From the NCBI RefSeq assembly GCF_006345805.1, contig NC_043012.1, forward strand, positions 50,220,001 to 50,284,000: DNA of 64,000 nt. Direction: 5' to 3'. Made by a program: the position numbers and the translations under genes. Positions 12,893 through 26,923 of the stretch are shown piece by piece. Each line of letters starts with the position of its first letter. Within the stretch, counting starts at the first letter, position 1. The notes below the pieces were generated by a model, which did not search any database, had not been told where the DNA came from, and saw only the letters and a program-made list of their open reading frames with translations. Source of the DNA: Octopus sinensis. Its lineage: Eukaryota.

Positions 12893-14037
12893 GGCGGTGG
12901 TTTTGGTCATCGTCGTCGTCATCTTCCAGGCATGTGAAGAGTACCAATGATGATGATGATGATGGTGATTGCAAGAGCAATAATAGTTATTATTATTTTC
13001 AATATACTTTGCTATCATTATCATCATTGTCGTTAATAGTATTATTATAGAAGCAAGGGGAATGCCGAGTGCTATTTCAACTATGTCAAATTACGTTGTT
13101 GAAAATTTTCAAGTATTTCTACCTTAATATTGCCAGCATTAGCAACTACATTATTAATAAAAGCATCTGTCTGTTCTACTTTCTGTATTTATATACGTAG
13201 ACATATCAATGGTTACTTCTCTGTCTTTTAAACTGTCTCTTAATCTATTTATCTGTCTACCTATCACTCAATGTATCTACATATCTATCTTGTTATATCT
13301 TGTCATCACTCTCCTGTTCTACATAATTCTACATAATTATTGCCTACTGAAGTCTGTTTGCAATCAGAGACTATACTATGATATTGGGACAAGGTGTCGT
13401 TCATTAGGGTCAATCATGAAAATCAGAAGGAGCAAATTGACATACTTAGAAAGCAATTATTCCTGGATTTCCACGTGTGTATCTACGTACCCGGTTTCAC
13501 TCGCTGGCATGAGTACACACATTTACACACATTTACTCTCTACACAAACAAATCCATATCTCCCTGTCCCCCTATATGGCCATGCTTTTGCTTTCTGAGT
13601 CAATAAAAATTGAATTGAAATTGAATTGAATCCATACACAAATGCATCTAAACTTCACTCAACATCGTATCTTTTTGATACATTTACTTATTCACGCCAC
13701 ATGCACACACAAAAACACATACACGCACTACACACCCAAACACACACATACATTTCCACTCTCATATATATATATATATATATAATATATATTTATATTT
13801 TTAGATGTCTTACTTTGAAAAATTGCATTCGGTGGGATTAGTAAAATTTTTGGTAGAAATGACTAATTGTCCCTCTTAGCGTGTGGCATGTATGTATAAT
13901 AATGCCCTCTATATATAAATTAATATGTTCAATAAGAAAGAATTATTTTCGAATTTTTTTCTCTTATGAGGTCTTTCACGCTATCTACCTGATAATTTCT
14001 TGTTAAGTTTTCCTTATTAAGAAGTTGTCCTCAATTG

Positions 14038-14109
<72 letters not shown>

Positions 14110-15645
14110 ACCTCTACTCTTCACTTATACTCGCATATATTCGCATATTAAATCACTAATATATTTGCATGAACAGAAACAACTTCACATACCTGCACTT
14201 CGCACACATCGATTCTCTCACGCATACAAACACGCGCATACATACGTACACACACACACACACACACACAGACTCGCGCACACACATATACACAAGCACA
14301 CACACTCAAACAGGTACACACACTCGTTCACAAATTCATTCTTCAAAGCTCGGCACTCCCATTTTGCTAAGTAGATTTGAATTTGACCACTTCTCCGCCA
14401 CCGTTGACCTCTCAGCTCTACAAGAACCTATTCAATCTTTTGTGTGCTCACATTACACCACCCCCAACAATAGCCCTTCAAAATACCCCACTTCATTTTC
14501 ATCTCCCCTCCCTTTCTCACAAAAGGTAATGACTTTATTAATTTTACTACATCCGATATTTTAAACTACATGTGATCAATTAAAATTTGTTTATAAGTTA
14601 TGTGGTTTAATATACAGCAATATGTATCGTTGATTAATATTAACTTTACAGAATGCAGTGGGTATAAACTGGTTTCTAATCAGACCTTAACAATGAACTC
14701 AAATGATTGCTAACTAGTGTACGTCGATCCACGTTTGGAATTATTTAAGACAGAATAGAGCAAAATGATTTGCAGTCTTCCACCTCTAACCCATTTGTTA
14801 TGCAATGGAATGTTTATAAATATTTCATCTAAATTTCCAAGAAAGACACACACGCAATGGTACTATTGTATAGCATATACACATTCAAACGCAACTAAGC
14901 TTGTGAATTTAAGTGACATCCATACGCATTACATTTGAGCAATTTTACATACGCGTTATGTTTTTCATCTCTGCACATATAGAAGGGACGTCTTAACTCA
15001 ATCAGTTGAGTATTCTCAACATCTTAGTAACTAGCTTTAATTCTTCGAAGGTGAAACCTTAGATGCATATCGAAAAAAGGAAAAAAAATGCCCAATACAT
15101 ATATACATAAATTCGCACATTCATTCGAACATGCTTGCGTACATATGTACTTGAATACGTTGATTAATTCATTGATTCATATATGCAAGTATGCATACAT
15201 ACATAATAAGTAAAACTTTTCTCAAGTTCCAAATATGAATATTTCTATGTTAACTACACCCCAAAGATGGAGCCTTGTATCTTTGTTGGAAACCGGCTCC
15301 CTCCCCAGTGGAAGATCTATAATAATTAAAAACTAGAAGAGACATACATACATATATACATATATACATATATACATACATACATACATACATACATACA
15401 TACATACATACATACATACATACATACATACATACATACATACATACATACTACATACATACATACATACATACATAATACATACATACATACATACATA
15501 TATACATACATACCGTCCTTTTTTTTTGTACCGTCTATCTGGATGATTTGTTGTTCCTTTTTGTATCACCTCGCTGTCCGGATGTTTTGCATTCTTGTCT
15601 TATTTTGCATTTTATACATACATACATACATACATACATACATTC

Positions 15646-16135
15646 ATGGTGGCTGCCCCCTCGTTATCGAGTATGGCCATTGCACGAAGTTTAATCAATG
15701 TTGTTATCGTGCAATGCCTATGCAAGAAGATGTTTTTTAAAGTGAAGAAAGGCTGTGCACTGAATCAATCCCACTCACTAAGCAACAGCAGACATAATCC
15801 GAAAAGAAGAACAAGTCAACATAATCGGTAACCACTGAGCCGTAGGTTTTATGTCGGAGTTATCCCAGTTACCTGAGCTACCTTGTCCTAGAAGGGTACC
15901 CTAACAAAGGCTAGGAGTCCTTCACTCCCAATGGTTTAACCGCGTGATCGGGTATTCACTCCGATTATTTCTATGTCTCCGCGCATGATACAGCCTTAAG
16001 GCATTTATTGGATGGCCGTTGACTCTCAAGAGTTCCTCCGCCCGTTGACGGGTTTTGTTTTTCAACCCGCAGGGTGTCCAATAAATACCCTCCTCACCAA
16101 GCAAGCTTGTTGGGGTTGCCGGTTTAGTCACCGAC
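15646..16135 (-). mobile_element. Non-autonomous RTE-related element (structured 5' part plus RTE 3' tail) between (TACA)n tracts
   Basis: 15649-15695 (ggctgccccctcgttatcgagtatggccattgcacgaag) is nearly identical to the 3' UTR of the RTE fragment at 55683-55725. No coding capacity. Confidence 0.75.
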
Positions 16136-16523
16136 ACATACATACATACATACATACATCTATACATAGATACATACATACATAGATACATACATACATA
16201 CATACATACATACATACATACATACATACATACATACATACATACAAGTGAAAAGTTTGTAATCTTAGGCATTTCAGGCGGGGAAATAGATCCTATATCA
16301 CGCATTTGGTGCATATATACTCTGTATGCGGAACAATGAAAATATGTGAGGCATTTCCAAATTTCAACTGGCAACAATTATCCAGATTTTCATCTACATT
16401 TCACCGATGGAGCTTGTGCTGCAATGTTAGAAGCCAGAAATCAGCTCCTCTCTTTTAGCGAGAATTCTAATGAAGAGAGAGAAAATAAATACATACATAA
16501 TTATGTGCATTCATATACACATG

Positions 16524-17030
16524 TGAGGAGTGTTTCGAATGCTGAAAACCTTATTACAACCCCCTGTTCAGTGAAAATGGTCTTCTTGCTGCAAAAGTCA
16601 ATAACCAAGGCGCCTGTGATGCGGATTTGCTTCGGCGACTGCGAGATCATTTAGATAGAACAAGCTTAGAAGTTTTAAAATTTGGCGTACTACTTCTTTA
16701 CAACACTGCACATGACTCATGCATTTGCCGTTAGTGGATGTAGCTTTGATGACTTACCTCTACAACATTATTCACAATGCTCCCTTTGATTTTCACCTGT
16801 TATTCGATTTGAAGAACCATTTGAAGAGCAGCAAATTCTCATGTGGTGAAAAACTGCAGTTGGATACTGAAAAAAGATTTCCTACGTAGGAGTGACTGTT
16901 CTTCTTAAATAGCATTGAATATATGTTGAAGCGATATGCGAATTGTATTGAAGAGAACAGGGCATCGTTGAAAAATAGAAGCAAAATACAATGAATATAG
17001 TATTTACTGTCTTCGTGTAATTAAGTATCT
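16524..17030 (+). mobile_element. Degraded mariner transposase C-terminal remnant
   Basis: Translation GVLLLYNTAH...CSFDDLP...APFDFHLLFDLKNHLKSSKF...FFLNSIEYMLKRYANCIE matches the mariner GVLLLHDNAPAH...APSDFHLF..LK..L...KRW.KCIE pattern. Confidence 0.7.
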
Positions 17031-17326
17031 TGGGTAAAACCCTTCGTGTCACTAATTTATGTGTGTGTATGTGTGTGCATGTATGTGTGTGCGTGTGTGC
17101 GTGTGTGTGTGTGTGCGTGTGTGCGTGTGTGTGTGCGTGTGTGTGTGTGTGTGTGTCTGTGTGTGTGTGTGTGTGTGTGTGTAAAGTTCCCTTTCATTTT
17201 ATTTGCATGTAATTTACTTTAGCTATATTAAAGGCTAAATATATAAGGACCTACATTAAGATGTTCATTTGAATACATATTAGTAGACACATAAGTATCT
17301 ATTTCCTAGTATGTATTCCTTATCTG

Positions 17327-17584
17327 GTGGAGGAGCGTGGCTTAGTGGTTAGGGTGTTAGGATCATGATCGTAAGATTGTGGTTTCGATTCCTGCACCGG
17401 GTGACACGTTGTGTTCTTGAGCAAAACAATTCATTTCATGTTGCTCCAGTCCACTCAGCTAGCAAAAGTGAGTAACGCTGCGATGGACTGGTGTCCTCTC
17501 CAGCTGGGGAACACATACGCCATAGAAACCGGGAAACCGGGCCTATGAACCTGGCTAGGCTTTAAAAGGGCGCATTTATTTTTT
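17327..17584 (+). mobile_element. tRNA-derived SINE family B (V/Meta-like central domain), full length with TSD
   Basis: A box gtggcttagtgg, B box gtttcgattcc, gcgatggactgg..ccag, catagaaaccgggaaaccggg. TSD tattccttatct / tattcctcatct. Confidence 0.9.
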
Positions 17585-20500
17585 TATTCCTCATCTATAT
17601 CTATATTTATCACTTGGTGTTTAATATCCATATCGGTACATGCATATCGCTATCAGTTTCTCTAACAATTGAGCAAGTTCTTGCCTTAGACACGATGTCA
17701 TAAATGTATATATATACATACAAATAATTATACTCAAACAAAGAAGTGTATTTATATTTATATAACATCTGTGCGAAATATGGAATATAATAAAGTAATA
17801 ACAGTGAGGCGGAAAGCAACACTTAACTGAAATTACCAGTGCAATTATTAAACAGAAACTCATTCTAGCTGTACATAATACAGACCACAAGAATCACAGC
17901 GCACATATATTATAACCAAAATTTGCGGAAATAAATCGATGCTGTTGTTAACAGTTGTATTCATCGGATATATTCCGGTCTTATTAGATTTCATTAACGT
18001 AGTATGGTCTACTTAGCATGACATTGTTGTGATCACTGTAGAGAAACACGCATGTACACAGACACAGATAAACACGTGCGCGCACACATACACGCACATT
18101 CACAAAAGTACACACACACGCACTCACACACACATACATACACACAAGCACATACGTATGCGCTCATAAACTTAGTGCATTGCTACTTTGATGAGTGAAA
18201 CGCCTACAAACGCTTCAGAGAGAAAGTTTAACAGTGATTACTGAAAAATTAGATCAAATCGGAATGGTGTTCGTTTAGTCTCCGATTCTACTGCGTGGCA
18301 CCCATGGACCAGTATCTTCCACCATAACGTCCTAAAAATCAGATCTTTGTAATGTAGTTTGGTACACAAAATCTATGCATATTCCCGCCACAGTGATCAT
18401 TCGCCTTATTGAGAAATAGGATTAACCTGCCTCCCGGTTTAGTGAAAATACATAGCCAATGTTTGTCTTTTAGTGGATTCACTCAATTTCCAGCATTTTA
18501 AACCGATCTTCGATTTTAGCTTAAGTTTTATTTCAGTCGACAATTGCTGAGTCCCTGCAAATGATTATCTGCTAAGGTATGTCTCTGTCGACTTTTGTTT
18601 TGTTTTATATTTTTTTCCACTTTGTAATGTACAAAACATCGTGGTGTGTCCTTCACCATTCATATTACAAAGCATGTTCTATAAGTTTTCTCACGGATCA
18701 TATTTACATTCCTGGGAAACGAAACGTTCTGTAAAGCTCACCTCAGTGGAATGTGAAATTAGTGTGCAGAAAGGCAGAACAACGCAATCTGTCCAACTCT
18801 TACGACTCAAATAATGTCGTCTATCTTATTTGTTATAGAGGAAATGATAAATTGTTCATTTCAATCTAAAAGTTAAAATGTTGGTAGTTCAAGTGTTTGA
18901 AACGCATGTATAATTATATAAATAATGTACTGATAGTGCCTGCTTGTTCTGTAGAAATTTCGTTGTTTTATCTTGGAATAGAGAGTGTATGTATATATTG
19001 TCTACTAGCGTACCGGCGTGTGATGTTGTTTAAACAAGTTCAGCTTTGAATGAGAAGACTTATGATCAAAAGCGTAACAATCTTACATTTTGTTCAGATA
19101 TACACAGTGCATCTCTGCGTGTGATAGCGTGTAATTTAACAGAGATTTGGTGGCTATTTCTAATATATCGAGTGACCTCGTAAAGCGACCTTGTTCTCTT
19201 ATCAATTTAGGTTTGTTTCTACTTCAGTTGTGTATGTGAATGCGTGTGGTGAATGTCTCTTTCTATGGGTGTGACAAGCTATGTGTGTAGGGAGTGTGTT
19301 TGGTATTGTTTGAGGATGTAAGTACTTGAAGTGTAACAAGATACAGCTGATTGATCATCCATCTGTCTGTGAAATAGTTGATGAAAAGATTATTCTCCAA
19401 TTGAAAGAAAAATTCAAAAAAATCCATTAGTTAAAATTTTGCTGCTAAATCGTTTTATTATTGGTTTATTTTTGAGGTGTGGCTTGTAATTATCTCTTCA
19501 ACACTGTCTTTGAAACATGTTTAAGAAAAAAAGAAAACAACATTCATTAAAATACCATTGGAATTTAGTCGACCAAAATCTATAGCTCTATTTGGTTAAC
19601 TGATAATTATTTCTTGCTCTGATGTTTTCAACGCCTCAAGTCTGTCATTTCTTTCTTTCTTTCTTTCTTTTTTTTTTTTGGCACATTATGCAGTTATTAG
19701 AAGTAAATATTTTATAGTAACAGTTAACATATAATAATTATAGTAGTAATTAGTTCTTAAATAGGCAAAAATACTTTTGTTGAAGGCAAACATGTTTACT
19801 ACAAATTTCAACATAAAAAACAAAAATTAAAACAACAGCTAAACTAAGTGTCAAAAACAGCAACATTAATGACATCGATAATTATAATGAGGATGATTAT
19901 GATTTCTTTTGAGTAGGTACAAAGCATTATATGCATATTGGAGTGAGAGGGAAGGTGTAATCAATTGAATCAACTTTGCTATTACACAAGCTTTTGATTT
20001 TAGAGGAATCTAACCAAGTTGAGCCACGTTGCACGTTTAGTAGTACTGTGTGGAACATAGTACAAAGATAGCCGTTGCAAACTATAATCTTCATAGTTCA
20101 TTGTCTTCGACGATTGACGATACTTACAGACAAATATATAACTAGTGAGTGAACATTACGTGGTCACTCGATCTGTTAAAAATATCAGACGGTCTCTTTC
20201 AAATCAAATCTTACTTTCTTTGAAGATACCTAGCTCATATAGGATAACAAAGTATTTGATAGCGTTTCAACGAAAAGTGGATGGTGAAACTGCAAGAATG
20301 CATTTTTGGCAGGGTTTAAGAACAATATAACGAAGAAATATATAATATGATTCATTTATCCTCAGCTGAGGAATGAAGGGTTAAATGTTTGTAACGGTCA
20401 ATCAAGCTACGAAAGAAAGAATTTGGTTTCTGGTCAGAATCGAAATTAGATGAATACAGCTGCAATAAAATGCTTATATTAATCATGGATATATAAGTAA

Positions 20501-21449
20501 TAATAATAATGATAAGAAGAACAACAGTAGAAGTGCAATTCGAAAAAGAACAACACGATCATCATCATCATCGTTATCATCATTAATAGCTGTAAAACCA
20601 ATGAAGTGATGATGATGACGATGATGAAGCGAGGGAAGAAGAGGAAAAGGAGGATGTGGATAAGGATGGTTATGATAATAAAGGGCAGCTGCTAGAAGTT
20701 GCATTAATTTTGTAATGTTGGCATACTTTACATATTTGTGAATTTGAGCAATTTCCTAATTAATTACACACAGGCAATAACCTTGACTTGACTGCTTTTA
20801 TTTTTCCAAAATGTTACTTCTTCCTTGCATTGCCAATGTTGAGACGAAACCAGATCCTCGTCGTATTATTCCAGCTGCCAATATTCAGCCTTCGCTTTGC
20901 TCTAATGATTAGTTTTGCAAGAATTTAGCAATATACTTGAAAAGTTTTATCTCAAGTTTGGCATCGACAGTATTCATTAAAGTCAGCTTTCGGAAAAGAT
21001 AAAAGTAACAAGAAAGTTTCCCAAGCGAAAAAGCCCGCTTTATCAAGCAGAAACAATTAATGATCCCACTAATTAGGTCCATAGAAACGAGTTGATTAAA
21101 CGAAGCGCAGACTACAAACAAAAATTGACGAGAGCTTGTAAGTAGGGAAAATTAAAAGCTTTAGGAGGGTTATTGTATTTCTTATATAAATCAATATTGA
21201 AGCTTCTTTCTCATTATGGAATATGAAAGAAAAACAAGAATATAATGCATTCTTATATTTCTTTAGTGGTCTCATTCGATTAATTCTGGCCATGCTGCAG
21301 TAACACCTTCAAAGATATTGCCCAAGTGTATCAACGAGGGTAGCTTGTCAGCGATTTCTAACCATTGTGTGATGGACAAATGGCAATTTCAAAAAAAGTA
21401 TTTCGACACGCTATTCGCACGTCAATTACAACTCTATCTATCTATCTAA

Positions 21450-21529
<80 letters not shown>

Positions 21530-21580
21530 ATATATATATATATATGTGTGAGTATGTATGTCTGATTGGCTTACTGTTTG

Positions 21581-21762
21581 ACAGACAAAGGGATTAAGTC
21601 GATTACATCGACTCCAGTGCGTAACTGGTACTTAATTTCTCGACCCTGAAAGGATGAAAGTCAAAGTCGACCTCGACGGAATTTGAACTCAGAACGTAAC
21701 GGCAGACGAAATACCGCCAGGCATTTCGCTCGGCGTGCTAACATTTCTGCCAGCTCGCCGCC

Positions 21763-21764
<2 letters not shown>
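21581..21764 (-). mobile_element. SINE family A
   Basis: Near-consensus reverse copy ending cagctcgccgcctt. Confidence 0.9.
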
Positions 21765-21811
<47 letters not shown>

Positions 21812-21897
21812 ATATGTAATTGGTTCGTGCGTGTATGCGTGTATATATGTATATATGTATATATATATATATAATATATATATATATATATACATAC

Positions 21898-21941
<44 letters not shown>

Positions 21942-22593
21942 CATATATATATATATGCACTCACACACGGTCGTATGAGTGTGTGAATAGAAGAAAAGTC
22001 CATGTCAACACCCATATAATTAACTGATGAACTATTTAGTTTATACTCAGGTGAGGTAAGTGCATTGGAATATCAAGTGACAGAGATAAATGTTTCGGTG
22101 TTCTCGAACAATCATATAGATCAAAGGACAATTAAGGTTAACTAGTTTAGGATAAAACTTGCCACATACAGGGTTATCTCTGCAACATTTGGAAAGTATG
22201 TACCTGTGAGAAAAGAATAAATTTGACAGAATAAATTGAGAATAGAATATTGGTGAAACTCAAACAGGACATTTTATATATTCTATTTATATATATGTTT
22301 TAAGGTATAATTTCCTAACACATATTTAGAAATGTACACATGCAAACGCATATATGCACAATACAAGCACATGTGTGCGTATGGGTGTGCGTTTTTGAAT
22401 ACCCAAATGGTTGCCAGCGTCTCCTGTTAGAATTGTAGCCCAGTGTATATATTAAGTTTTAAATATATATTTGTATATAGAGGAACGCGATTTAGATATG
22501 CACCAGACTAATTCTTTAAGATGCATATTATGGAAAGTAACTTCGACCTTTCGGACATCTGCGCTATCATCGGACCCTGATGTATATACATAC

Positions 22594-22656
<63 letters not shown>

Positions 22657-22663
22657 TATATAT

Positions 22664-22705
<42 letters not shown>

Positions 22706-23214
22706 ATATATATATGTTGGCATGGATGTATGCATACTGGCTTCTTTCAGTTCCTGTCTACCATATCTGGGTCTGTATTAGAAATCATTTTATCAAATTT
22801 CTGCGGTGTAGGATTGAACCTAAATCCATAATGATATAAAGCGAGCTTCTTCATTACGCAAAAATGTACGTATATGTGTAGATATACATATATATTGCTA
22901 TATTTATATATACCTTACTTATTTTTGCTTCCTTATAAATGTATACACTTAAAAAACTCATTTGGGTCAATAGTTTGCATGAAGCAGTTTCACGTAATTA
23001 TATATATATATATACACTATATAGCTTAATATAATATAATGTTTTATAATATTGTATGACGTAATACAATATAATATATTATAAATTGATATAATATAAT
23101 ATTGTGTAATATGATATAATATAAATTTATATTGAATATATAAAGTAATATAACTATGCGAGAAGCTGAAAAGAAATCCCTAGTTTTATAATACCATATT
23201 CTATATATTCTTGG

Positions 23215-23345
23215 AAGGCTCCTGGCTTACTGGATCATGAACGTTTGGTCAGCGGTTCGGTTTCTGGTGGTTTGTTGTGTCCCTTGAGCAAGACACTTTA
23301 TTTCACGTTGCTATGGTCTACTCAGTAAGCAAAATTAAGTCGTAC
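23215..23345 (+). mobile_element. Degraded SINE family B 5' part
   Basis: ggatcatga...ggttcggtttc...ttgtgtcccttgagcaagacactttatttcacgttgct...ctcag. Confidence 0.6.
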
Positions 23346-23843
23346 CTGTAATTCAAAAACCTGTAAAGAAATATGTTAAGGGTACTTGAATTTAACACAA
23401 CCGTTTTCACCTTCATTTAAAGCTTCCCTGAACAAAAAAGAATGACAACATTCCCTTATCAAACCGAATTGTATCTTTTCACCATAATTTGTTGTTAACC
23501 TACCTATTCTAGACATGATTGATATTATCTTCACCTGAAAAGAACCCTGCAGAGACTATGAGAGGGAAAAATAACCAAAGAAAATCACTGTCCGTTGGAG
23601 GTTATTCTTGTCAATATTTTCCCACAGAACGTTTATATATACATACAAACGCAAACATAGACACAAACTTACAAGTATAGATATAAATATAGGCGTATTA
23701 TTGCCGTTATTAATAGTATTAATAAGATAATAATCAAGTGGCTAGCAAGTTCACATCGTTACAGGCACAATATACGGTAAATTTAGATTCCGTGATTAGA
23801 GGAAGTGGTATTATATAGAATACAGAATCTCTCTCTCCCTCTC

Positions 23844-23907
<64 letters not shown>

Positions 23908-23979
23908 TGTGTGTGTGTGTGTGGTGTGTGTGTGTGTGTGTGTGTCTGTCTGTATGTATGTATATGCATATATACATAG

Positions 23980-24130
23980 ACAGATTTCGGCGAGAATGGA
24001 AAAGTCGTTAACATTTCGAGCCTATACTCTTCGACAGAGAGGATTGAGAGGGAATAAAACGGTGAGAGAGAAAAAAAACAGACACCGAAAAAGCGTGTAG
24101 GTTTAACGGTTCAACACGATAAGTCTGTAT
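23980..24130 (-). mobile_element. Short pLTR-like element with a degenerate hammerhead (CUGUCGA core, 24006-24040)
   Basis: Minus strand CUGUCGA-A-GAGU-auag-GCUC-GAAAU-GUU. It belongs to the same family as the motif at 46271. Stem I is poor. Confidence 0.5.
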
Positions 24131-24142
24131 ATATATATAATT

Positions 24143-24415
24143 TACTTTTGTACTTCCCACAAGGATCTAAACATAGAGGGGACAAATAAGACAGACAAAG
24201 GGATTAAGTCGATTACATCGACTCCAGTGAGTAACTGGTACTTATTTAACCCTTCCCAAAAGGAAGAAATGCTAAGTCGACTTCGGCGGAATTTGAACTC
24301 TGAAAGTAGCAGTAGACGAAATACCGCGAAGCATTTTGGCATGGGCCTTGATTTTCGTCTGACAAATCCACTCACAAGGCTTTCGTGGGCCCGAGGCTGA
24401 GGATAAGTAATATAT
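24143..24415 (-). mobile_element. SINE family A plus adjoining family C fragment
   Basis: cccacaagg..ctaaacatagaggggacaaa...ggcggaatttgaactc, then aatccactcacaaggcttt. Confidence 0.8.
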
Positions 24416-25266
24416 TTCTGAAAGAAGTGACGATCCTGTTTTCTATATGTATATAAAATGCAGGCGAGTCTATGTTCAAAGATGATAAGCAACTACGTTT
24501 TGGCACCTTCTTTAAATTAATACGTTTGGGAATTGGTATTGAAAGTTTTTACTATGTATGGAAATAAGGTTTTGTTGCTGCAACGAGCAAGAGGAATATT
24601 GTGGCTTGGTAAATTAGCTCATCCATTAGTTGTTCCCTTTACTTTCTCCAATAAAAAATCAGGGAATCCATAACGAGCAAGTCAAATACTCACGATTGAT
24701 ATTATGTTAAGGATTATTCGCAAATTTGTTATGATGCATAAAATGTGAAATACAATCGAGGCCCCGCATGCAAATCTGTTCAATATTAATGTGTTTTTTT
24801 ACGTTTCAAATACTGCAACAATTTAAAAACGAAAACAATGAATGCATGTATGCACTTTGAATAAAGAACATAGCGAGCTTATTTAGGAAATGTACCAAGT
24901 TTACTATTCTTCAAGTTCATGCAAGAGAGAGAAAGAGTCTATAAGAATGAGACCGAGAAAGAGGAAGGGTAATAGGGAGAGGAAAGAAATCAATTTCATT
25001 AGCGGAATGTTAATTTAACGATCATAAAATGATACGTTGGCTCGATGTTAACCCAGAATGTAGATAATTAATCCACTCCTATAAAAAGCAAAAACAAAGA
25101 AAACAACCCATCTCATTATTCACTTTCTCTTCAAATCCAGTTTCGCTTCTCATAACTTGTAAGTCGAAGAAAATGTAAAATATTCCTATGTAGAATATAT
25201 GTGTGCGTATGTATGCGAGTGTGTATTTTGTATATATGCATATATGTATATATGTATGTATTTAAG

Positions 25267-25312
<46 letters not shown>

Positions 25313-26031
25313 TGCATATACATATATATGTATATGTATATATATATGTATATATATATACACAGACAAACACACACACACATGCATGCACACGTATGTA
25401 CATGTCTATATGTAAATGTGTGTGTATATATATATATATAATATATATATATATATATGCATATTCGAAACCTGCGATATTGTCGTTCGAGTCATAGAGG
25501 AAATTATGTCTCTTATCCTCTTTCACTCGCAATGTAATACGTTCATATAAAAGCATCGCGTTAAAAAATTTCTAAGCACCATAGAACTAGCATTTTTATA
25601 CAATATGCATTTAAATGTAATACAATTCATTCCATAAATATTTTTGAAATTTTTTTAACGAATTTGGATTTTGTTTTAATTTGGAAGATGTATTCTAAAA
25701 CTAACGTAATACTTTCGTTCCTTGTTTTCTTACCAGCTTTTTGGGCAACAGAGAAAATACGCTTAAACATATTGCATAAATAAGGAATATTTTAGCGATA
25801 ATTCTCCGAGAAATCACGAATAATGTGCTGACAGATTCATAACGTACCCACACGGCCCATCGTGCTGCTATCAATTTATAAAAAGTGCTGAAAATACCTC
25901 ATCATTATTTCCCCCAATGACCTGTACAATGAATGAGGGACAGAATGTTCAGAGATGATTTCCAAATATGATTAGTGAGCTGTAATCAGATAACTGGAGG
26001 TCAATCATGCCACGTATATACATACATACAA

Positions 26032-26096
<65 letters not shown>

Positions 26097-26148
26097 GTGT
26101 GTGTGTGTGTATGTATATATATACATATATGTATATATATATACATAC

Positions 26149-26196
<48 letters not shown>

Positions 26197-26855
26197 TTAT
26201 TTATATATATATACACGTATATATTTATATACATATACATACGTCCGTACATACATATATATTATATATATATACTTATACACATAAAGACATAATCACA
26301 TATATAAACATACAGAGAGTCTAATACATATACACACCGACCAGCCATAAGCTCTTAATGAGCAGCATTATTTTTGTGAATTCTAATGCAATTTATTTGA
26401 TAAGTGACCAAGTGTAATGACAGAAACGATAACATAACTAGATTATACGTGGAGAAATTTCTCCAAGTAATAAATCATATCTAATAAGCTGAATTGTCCC
26501 AATTATCACAACAATAATTCAGGAACACCTTCATTGCAGCAGTCCATTCTCAGATTCTGATTTTCTTTCCTGCTTTCTTTACCAGTTCTATACTGTAAAG
26601 AGATATGTTGAATCTGACAATGTGTACGAACTTGTTTCAATTCTTGTTTGAACGTATATCTCTTCACATTGTTCGTGAATATCCTCATGAATAAAATGAA
26701 CATCTATGTTATCACTCGCTAAAATATAGTAAATACCTTCCGGAAAATACGGAAATGATTTGCAGTAGCATTCAGAGATTGGAGTGCTATAACATTGGTC
26801 AAATATATAATTAATTCAGAATATGCAAATATGCCAACTGTTTTTGATAAGTGCA

Positions 26856-26923
<68 letters not shown>

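Noticed and set aside
17327-17400. Functional tRNA genes at SINE heads (also 33165, 42520, 56568)
   Set aside because: They contain A/B boxes only, with no complete cloverleaf, and continue into SINE bodies.
18185-18205. TTGATGA-gt-GAAAC hammerhead-like string
   Set aside because: There is no stem II and no stem I pairing.
22535-22582. Minus-strand CCGAUGA...GAAAG-GUC motif
   Set aside because: The core is mutated and the stems do not form, so it is too degenerate to call.
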